The notes beneath the pieces were generated by a model that was not told where the DNA came from, did no database searches, and worked only from the letters and a program-made list of their open reading frames with translations. A stretch of 64,000 bases of DNA from an uncultured Alphaproteobacteria bacterium. Lineage in GTDB: Bacteria; Pseudomonadota; Alphaproteobacteria; JAJFIK01. Where the stretch lies: NCBI GenBank assembly GCA_964561475.1, contig CAZLPU010000019.1, forward strand, positions 1,354-65,353, in the 5' to 3' direction. Below are positions 57,106 to 64,000 of this stretch, piece after piece (position 1 is the first letter of the stretch; each line of letters begins with the position of its first letter). A program made the translations under genes and the position numbers.

Positions 57106-60100
57106 TGGCATACAAACCCCGTGGGGTGGCAGCCGGGAGAAAGTGTATCGTGCCAGAAAAAGACGCGTTCAGCGGAGGCGGCGGAGAGGGGGCACGCCTC
57201 GCCGCTCTGCACAGTTACAATATCTGTGACACCGGACCCGAAGAGGTCTTTGACCGGATCACCCGTACAGCGGCAATGGTGTTCGATGCGCCGATGTGCG
57301 CGCTTTCCCTGGTCACCGAGGACCGGCAGTGGTTCAAATCCCGCATTGGCATTGATGCTTCCGAAACACCCAGGGATCTTGCCTTCTGCAGTCATACCAT
57401 TTTGAGTGATGACGTGCTGGTGGTCACCGATGCCAAGACGGATACGCGGTTCAAGGACAATGCTCTTGTTCAGGGGCCGCCCTATATCCGTTTTTATGCT
57501 GGCGCCCCAATCACCACGCCCGACGGTTACAGATTGGGTGCCCTATGTGTTCTTGACCGCAGAGCCCGCGCACCGCTCAGCCCGCAGCAACGCCAGGCTC
57601 TGTCGGATCTAGCCGGAATGGTGGGAGACGCCCTCGAAACCCGGAGGAACAATACCGGTCTGAGGAGAGCGCGGGATTTGATCCGGGATGTGGTTGATCT
57701 CATTCCAGATGAAGTTCTTGTCTTCGATGCCAAGGGTGATTTCTTGACTGCGAATGTCAGGGGCAGCGCGTGGCTTGACCAGACCCTGAACAAATCCGCA
57801 TCTCCCCTGACCTATTCAAGAATTGTCGCCACGCTGGCTGAAAACTGGACCTTGACAGAAGAGACCATCAGCAAGTGTGATACTGATTTTCAGAGTGCCC
57901 TGGAAAGGATCTTTACGGAGACCACCGGTCAGGTGGACCTGAGGTCGGCGCAGGGCGTTTACCTGCGCACAACCATGTGCAGGACCGCGGGCGGTGAACG
58001 GGTCATGGTCCTGCGTGATCTAAGCGAAACCGCTCGCAGGCTGCGGGAAACGCTCTGGTCCAAGACGGTGATTGATGAGGTGGAGCGTCTGGCCCGAATT
58101 GGCTATTTCGTCTTTGAAGCAGAAACTCTGGAAACATCGTTTCTGTCACCGGGGCTCAAAGCCCTGGCGCCGACGCTGCCAAGCCACGATCATGTTCAGG
58201 GTCTTGATGAACTGCTGGAGCGCGTGCATCCCGATGACCGGGAACACGTTCAGCAGGCCGTCGCCGATACGCTGAACGGGCGGACCAATCTCAACCTTGA
58301 ACTCCGGACACTGACTGCCGATGGAAAGATTGAATATCTCTGGCTTTCCGACGCCAGAATTATCGATCCGGAGACGAACCGGGAACACAGAATCGGTATC
58401 GTACAGGACATCACGGAACGGATCGAAAAGGAGTCCGCCCTCCGGCGCAGTGTCGCCATGCGGGATGCCGTCCGTGAAAGCGCCCTGGATTGCATCATCA
58501 CCATCAATGACTCCGGTGATATTGTTGATTTCAATAATGCGGCATCCCGTGTTTTCGGCTATCCGATCCCCTATGCCATTGGCCGACGGTTGAGTGATCT
58601 CATCATTCCTCCGGGATTGCGTGCGCTCCACGATCGTGGTTTGAGCCACTATATGGCAACGGGTGAGCATAAAGTCCTTGGCAAGAGAATTGAGATTACG
58701 GGAATGCGCGCGGACGGCTCCGAAATTCCTGTGGAGCTGGCCATCACCCCCTTCGAGGTCGACGGGACCCAGTTTTTTACTGCCTATCTTCGTGATATCT
58801 CTGAGCGGATCAAGTCAGAAGCGCTGTTGAGGAAGAGCGAAGACAGCTTGGCCCAAGCCCAGGAAATCGCCCAGCTTGGCAGTTGGGAATGGGACATCAT
58901 CGAGGACAAGTTCGAATGGTCCCGACAGGTGTCAAAGATCCTTGGTCTGCCTGAGGATCAATCCCTGACATTTTCCGATTACATCGGCAGTATCCATCAT
59001 GACGACCGCCACAAGGTGGAAAGCCTGATCGAAACCCATATCAGGCGTGGCCGAAATTACGAGATCGAGCACAGGATCTTGCAGCCGGATGGTGATGTCC
59101 GAACGATATTCGGGAAGGGCATCCCGAAGTTCGACGAGACCGGTGCGCTGATCAGGGTGTTTGGCACTGTCCAGGATGTGACAGCCATCAGGGATAGTGA
59201 GATCGAACTCAAGGAGGCCAAGGAGGCCGCCGAGGCGGCAAGTCGGGCCAAATCCGGGTTCCTGGCGACCATGAGCCATGAAATCAGGACACCCCTCAAC
59301 GGTATCATCGGTGGACTGAACCTCCTGAGAGATACGGAACTCTCAGTTGAGCAGCGGGGCCACACCGAACTGGCCCTTCAGTCCGGGGAGAGCCTCCTGA
59401 CCTTGATCAACGACCTGTTGGATTTCTCCAAGATCGAGGCAGGTCATCTGGAATTGGAGTTCATGCCCTTCGAGCTTCGGGATCTTGTCTATCGTTCGGT
59501 GGAAATTCTGGGCCCCCTTGCCCAGGCCAAGGGTCTGCCAATCTTCTCGGATATTTCCAATGTCCTCCCCTTCGGCATCCGTTCAGATCCATCGCGGATC
59601 CGCCAGGTACTGATCAACCTGTTGTCCAACGCCATCAAGTTCACGAATCAAGGACGGGTGGTCGTCCGTCTTTCTTCCAGAACCAGTGAAGAAGAAGAAG
59701 ACGGACAGGTCTGGCTTCGTTTCGAGGTCGAGGACACGGGCATCGGGATTCCCGCAGACCATCAAAATCTTCTGTTTTCGGAGTTTCAGCAGCTTGATAC
59801 GTCGTACACCCGGAGATTCGGGGGAACCGGACTTGGCCTCGCCATTTCCCAGCGTCTTGTGCACGCTTTGGGCGGTTCCATCGGGGTGAACAGTACTGAA
59901 GGCAGAGGAAGCTGTTTCTGGTTCGAGATCCCGGCGGAAGTGACCAAGATTGTGGAGCCCACTGGGACCGATGCGGACGGTGTGGAACCGGACGCCTTGG
60001 ATGGCCGGATCCTTCTGGTTGAAGACAGTCAGACCAATGCCTATGTGGCGCAGACCCTTTTGCGGCGCAAGGGGGCGATTGTCGATCATGTCAGCAATGG

Positions 60101-60785
60101 GCTCGAGGCGCTCCGAGCCGTCGGCGAACGCTCTTATGATATCGTGCTGATGGACCTGTCCATGCCGGAAATGGATGGGCTGACCGCCACACGCCGGATC
60201 AGGACCTGTGCATGCTCCCAGAACAGCATTCCGATCATTGCCATGACCGCCAACGCCTCCATGGAGGATCAGGCCCGCTGTTTTGAGGCGGGTATGAATG
60301 ATTTCGTGGTCAAACCAGTCAGGCGCGGTCCGTTCTTGAGAACCGTGTCACACTGGCTGGCCAATGAACCCGAGACCGAACAGACCACCGCCACCGACAG
60401 CGTGATTGAAGGCAAACCCGTGCTCGATGAAGATCACTTGCGGGAGTCCTGGTCAAACCTGGGCGATGATATCTGCACAGAGATTATCGGTCTTTTCCTT
60501 GAAGAGGTGGATTGTCGTCTCGACACCATCAGGCACAATGCCGCCCAGGACCGGATCGACCTCCCCGCCATGGCCAAGGAAGCCCATGCGCTGAAAAGCG
60601 CCGCGGGCAATGTGGGCGCGCGCCAGCTTCAGTTTCTCGCGGAATTCATTGAACGTCACGCCACCCAGGGCGGTTTTGAACCAAGGGAATCGGTCAAGGA
60701 TCTGGAAATCGTCGCCCTCCGGACAAAGGAAGCATTGGGCCGCGACCGGGCGGCCATGCCATCAAAGGCTGTAACTGGTGAATGA
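57106..60785 (+). CDS. multidomain hybrid sensor histidine kinase (GAF - 3x PAS/PAC - HisKA - HATPase - REC - HPt)
   Basis: ATG 57106 (MAYKPRG). GAF ([25 protein letters not shown]). PAS blocks. H-box [15 protein letters not shown]-boxes. Receiver [15 protein letters not shown]-terminal HPt [12 protein letters not shown]. Confidence 0.85.
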
Positions 60786-62223
60786 TCGCAAACACATATT
60801 GCTGGTCGAAGACAGCCCTTCACTTGCGCGCACCTATGAAGCCGACATGCTTCAGGCCGGGCACAGAGTGAAAGTGTGCCGGGACGGAGGCGCTGCCCGC
60901 AACACGGATCCTTCCGCCTTCGACCTGATCCTGCTGGATCTCGGCCTTCCTGATGCGGACGGGATGGACCTTCTGGGCAACTGGCGGGAAGCGGGCCACA
61001 CCACGCCGGTCATTGTGATTACCGCGGACGGGTCCATCGGCAAGGCCGTGGATGCCATGCGACTGGGCGCCAAGGATTTTCTGGTCAAACCCTTCAACAG
61101 CACACGCCTGCTCACGACACTGAAGAACAGCTTTGAGCAGGAACGCCTCGCCACCCGTGTGGCGGTCTATGAAGAAAAGGTTATCCGCTTCCAAGCCCAC
61201 GGCATGATCGGCAGTTCCATGATCATGCAATCCATCTATAACACCCTTCAGCATGCCGCCCAAAGCAGTGCGACCGTGTTCGTCACGGGAGAAACGGGTA
61301 CAGGCAAGGAACTTGCGGCACGCTCCGTCCACGAATTAGGGCCGAGGGCGAGCAGGCGGCTCCTGGCCCTGAATTGTGCCGCCTTTCCCAAGGACCTGAT
61401 CGAAAGTGAACTCTTCGGCCATGTGAAAGGAGCCTTCACCGGCGCGAACACCGACCGGGAAGGGGCCGTCAGCCTTGCGGACAAAGGGACCCTGTTTCTC
61501 GACGAAATCTGTGAAATGGATCTCAGCCTCCAGGCAAAGCTGTTACGCTTTCTTCAACTGGGTACCTTCACCCGGGTTGGCGAGACCAAGGAGCGGCAGG
61601 TGGATGTCCGGATTGTTGCCGCCACCAATCGGGATCCCATCGGAGAAGTCCGTGCAGGCCGCTTCCGGGAGGACCTGTACTACCGGCTCCACGTCATTCC
61701 TGTTCACCTGCCGCCCCTGCGCGACCGGGAAAGCGACGTGGTCGAGATCGCCCGGACCTTTCTCAAGGCCATGGCCGAAGAAGAGAACAAGCAGTTTGCG
61801 GATTTCACGGATGAAGCCATCGACTTCATGCTGTCCTATCCCTGGCCAGGTAATATTCGTGAGCTGAATAATGTCCTGCGGAATATCATTGTCTTGAACG
61901 ATGGTCCGGCGGTGACCGATACCATGCTGAAAACGGTTCTCGATCCCAACCGTCCGCCTACGGTCTTAGGAGGTCCCATCAGGCAGGAAACGGCACACCC
62001 TGTTCCTGCCCCACCCCAGGGGACATGGAACGGACTGGCCTTGTCCATTCGCAGTCCTGGAGACATCCGTCCCCTCTGGCAACTTGAACGGCGCATCATC
62101 GAAGATGCCATCGCCGCCTGTTCCGGCAACATCCAGAAAGCAAGCCGGCTCCTTGCCATCAGCCCCTCGACCATCTACCGCAAACGGGACGGATGGGCCG
62201 CCAAGGAACGGGAAGCCTCCTGA
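60778..62223 (+). CDS. sigma-54-dependent response regulator (NtrC/AlgB-like: REC - AAA+ sigma54 activator - Fis HTH)
   Basis: REC (ILLVEDSPSLARTY...LILLDLGLPDADG). Walker A GETGTGKE. GAFTGA motif. ESELFGH. C-terminal HTH. Start overlaps the upstream kinase stop by 8 bp. Confidence 0.9.
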   Translation: MNDRKHILLVEDSPSLARTYEADMLQAGHRVKVCRDGGAARNTDPSAFDLILLDLGLPDADGMDLLGNWREAGHTTPVIVITADGSIGKAVDAMRLGAKDFLVKPFNSTRLLTTLKNSFEQERLATRVAVYEEKVIRFQAHGMIGSSMIMQSIYNTLQHAAQSSATVFVTGETGTGKELAARSVHELGPRASRRLLALNCAAFPKDLIESELFGHVKGAFTGANTDREGAVSLADKGTLFLDEICEMDLSLQAKLLRFLQLGTFTRVGETKERQVDVRIVAATNRDPIGEVRAGRFREDLYYRLHVIPVHLPPLRDRESDVVEIARTFLKAMAEEENKQFADFTDEAIDFMLSYPWPGNIRELNNVLRNIIVLNDGPAVTDTMLKTVLDPNRPPTVLGGPIRQETAHPVPAPPQGTWNGLALSIRSPGDIRPLWQLERRIIEDAIAACSGNIQKASRLLAISPSTIYRKRDGWAAKEREAS

Positions 62224-62342
62224 ACCGACCCCGCCCCCGACACGAGCCATGGATCCTTTGCGAAACACATCAAAGAAGCGAAATATGCGTGGATGGAGCT
62301 GAGCGGACCCTGCGACCCCAAGCGGCCGACCGGCCGCCGGGC

Positions 62343-62496
62343 GGTCAGCCCGCCCCGCCGGAGGCGCCACGCGCCGTGAGGCCAAAAATGGTGGAGTTGG
62401 TGGAAGAAACCGTGAACCACCCGAACCCGCAGGGTTCGCAAGCGCGACCGCGCGTCGGCCGGTCAGCCGCCCCATCGGAGGCGCCGCGCGCCGCGA
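62343..62496. repeat. pair of ~36-bp imperfect direct repeats 118 bp apart, ending 12 bp from tRNA-Lys 3' end
   Basis: ggtcagcccgccccgccggaggcgccacgcgccgtga (62343-62379) versus ggtcagccgccccatcggaggcgccgcgcgccgcga (62461-62496). Confidence 0.6.
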
Positions 62497-62507
62497 TATC
62501 AAACGAA

Positions 62508-62583
62508 TGGTGGGCACGCTGGGACTCGAACCCAGGACCGCCAGATTAAAAGTCCGGTGCTCTACCAGCTGAGCTACGTGCCC
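62508..62583 (-). tRNA. tRNA-Lys (anticodon UUU), CCA encoded
   Basis: Minus-strand sequence folds as a cloverleaf: acceptor GGGCACG/CGTGCCC, D arm GCTC-AGCTGGTA-GAGC, anticodon arm CCGGA-CTTTTAA-TCTGG, T arm CTGGG-TTCGAGT-CCCAG, then ACCA. Confidence 0.85.
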
Positions 62584-62720
62584 GATCGGGGAAAATCGAT
62601 CAAGAGAGGGGGTGTTTAGCCCAGGGTCCGGGCCATGTCCAGTGCAACATGGCCAAAAAGGTCCCCGGGCAGAAATCCCGGCAGAAATGGGTCCGGCGGC
62701 CCGTCCGCAGTGCGCTGGGA

Positions 62721-63152
62721 TCAGAGGCCGAAAAAGCCTTTCTTCCGGTCCTTGCCGGACTCTTTGCCGCTGGCGGCGCCTTTGGAGACCCCTTTGCCAC
62801 CCTTGGGTCCGCCGCTCGGCCCGCTGCCCAGGAACCGCCGTCGGGCCTTGGGCGCGGAAAGTTCGTTTTTCAGGTCCGCGGCCGCTTCCTCCGCTTCCAT
62901 CTCCAGGCGGGAATCCTCGCCGTAGCGGGCGGCCAGCACTTCGGCCACGATGTTGCGCTGATACCGGCGCGGGGGCTTGCCGCCGGGAGGGATGGACCGG
63001 CGGGCGGTGTCGGGCCGGTTGACGGTCACGACGGCCAGCTTTTGGGGCTCACGGGTCGCATCGGCGGTTCCCTGGCGGGAGTGATCCGAAACGGAGGCCG
63101 CCCGGGCCAGAGGTTTCAGCGCTAGGTTTGTGGTCTTGAATTCCGAAGCCAT
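62721..63152 (-). CDS. hypothetical protein with Lys/Gly-rich C-terminal tail
   Basis: 143 aa. Codon usage and orientation consistent with neighbours. No family recognised. Confidence 0.4.
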   Translation of the reverse strand: MASEFKTTNLALKPLARAASVSDHSRQGTADATREPQKLAVVTVNRPDTARRSIPPGGKPPRRYQRNIVAEVLAARYGEDSRLEMEAEEAAADLKNELSAPKARRRFLGSGPSGGPKGGKGVSKGAASGKESGKDRKKGFFGL

Positions 63153-63178
63153 GGTCGTGCTCCTCTTTTCCGCCGCGC

Positions 63179-64000
63179 TCAGCGCACCACCTCGGTGGTA
63201 TGTTCGCGGATCTTTTCGCCTTTGCGCGCCCAGTGGAATTCCTCGTTGGTCAGCAGGGCCACATCAATATCGCCGCCCACGGTCTCGATGGTCATGCCCA
63301 CATGCTGCTGGAAGGCATTGATGCTCACCAGCATCTCGGCGGTCTTGGCCAAATCCGCTTCCGGAAGGCTTTCCACGGCCATGAGGATCGGATGGGTGTG
63401 CACGTCGTATTGGTAATCGTCCAGCCGGCTCATCACGTCCTGGATCAGATCGACGATCTCGTCTTCGCTATAGCCTTCCGCAAACCGTTGACGCTGGGAC
63501 CGGTTCAACTGAGGCATCTGGGCGATGGTGCGGTCGCGGATGCCCACGGCCAGATCGACGATCTGTTCCTGGAGGAATTCATCCAGTTCCCGGTCGATGC
63601 CCGTGAGGAATGTGTGGATCATCCGGTCATGGGCAAAGGGCGCGATAACCACCGGTTCGTCCGTGTGGATGCTTTTCACGTCGGACAGACGGCGGCGCAG
63701 CTTTCCGTTCACGGCGAAACCCACCAGATAGGCCACCATTTGCGGGGTGATCTGGTGCTCGCCATAGCCGGTGAAGACGATGCCGGTGTTCGGGAAGAAA
63801 TCCGGGAAGAAATCCTTGGTCACCGCCAGCGCGGCAATATCCCGCAGCTTACGGACCGTATTTTTATCAGGACGGGCCTCGCCGAACGTTTCGTCGATCA
63901 GGTTCTGGATATCGACGGCGAATTTGCGCTGGAGTTCCTTGGCGAACCCGGCATCAAAGCCCGGCAGGTCAGGACGGGGCTCACCCTCGTCATACTGGAT
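63179..64000 (-). CDS. hypothetical protein, C-terminal portion (gene continues beyond window end)
   Basis: Minus-strand frame has no stop from 64000 down to 63179. The track start at 63823 is a GTG inside a longer frame. No family recognised. Confidence 0.45.
   Translation of the reverse strand: MQYDEGEPRPDLPGFDAGFAKELQRKFAVDIQNLIDETFGEARPDKNTVRKLRDIAALAVTKDFFPDFFPNTGIVFTGYGEHQITPQMVAYLVGFAVNGKLRRRLSDVKSIHTDEPVVIAPFAHDRMIHTFLTGIDRELDEFLQEQIVDLAVGIRDRTIAQMPQLNRSQRQRFAEGYSEDEIVDLIQDVMSRLDDYQYDVHTHPILMAVESLPEADLAKTAEMLVSINAFQQHVGMTIETVGGDIDVALLTNEEFHWARKGEKIREHTTEVVR

Noticed and set aside
62385-62450. tRNA-like fragment (CGAACCC-containing segment) between the two 36-bp repeats
   Set aside because: It cannot be folded into a cloverleaf. 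There is no 7-nt T-loop with a flanking 5-bp stem, and no acceptor pairing.
1-64000. CRISPR arrays, IS elements or transposases, integrases, rRNA genes
   Set aside because: No repeat-spacer arrays, transposase or integrase signatures, or rRNA-like segments were seen on either strand.

Overview
This is a high-GC (~65%) chromosomal segment with about 50 protein-coding genes and one tRNA-Lys(UUU). No rRNA, CRISPR array, IS element or integrase was seen. The gene content looks alphaproteobacterial (Rhodospirillales-like): PhaC PHA synthase, OmpR-type and hybrid two-component systems, rpsI/rplM, argC, ggt, arsC, lysE, a TonB-dependent receptor and an MFS transporter. Two accessory-looking blocks stand out. 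(i) 31.7-43.9 kb: four paralogous, signal-peptide-bearing caspase-like (peptidase C14, His/Cys dyad intact) proteins. Their fusion partners differ: Sel1 repeats plus a long coiled coil; a non-catalytic FGE-sulfatase-like domain; and DUF4384-like C-termini, one with an inserted EF-hand. They sit with an autotransporter-type beta-barrel, an OmpA-like protein and a TAT-exported amidohydrolase. (ii) 47.2-62.2 kb: a compact alginate-like exopolysaccharide locus. One strand carries a NUDIX gene, an Alg44-like PilZ+HlyD fusion, an Alg8-like GT2, an AlgX/J-like SGNH protein, an AlgK-like Sel1 lipoprotein and an AlgI MBOAT. AlgD (GDP-mannose 6-dehydrogenase) is transcribed divergently and carries a candidate sigma-54 -24/-12 promoter. 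Downstream are a GAF/PAS hybrid histidine kinase and an AlgB/NtrC-like sigma-54 activator. Other points: a cytochrome P450 pseudogene relic broken by short tandem duplications (6.59-6.89 kb), several short tandem-repeat arrays in intergenic DNA, a PhaC with a ~250-aa Pro-rich N-terminal extension, and a secreted Gly-rich repeat protein next to an EF-hand protein. The supplied ORF track prints M for GTG/TTG starts. Both window edges cut genes: the frame is open from base 1 into ORF 37..465, and the minus-strand gene at 63179 continues past base 64000. Many long antisense ORFs are GC-driven artefacts.
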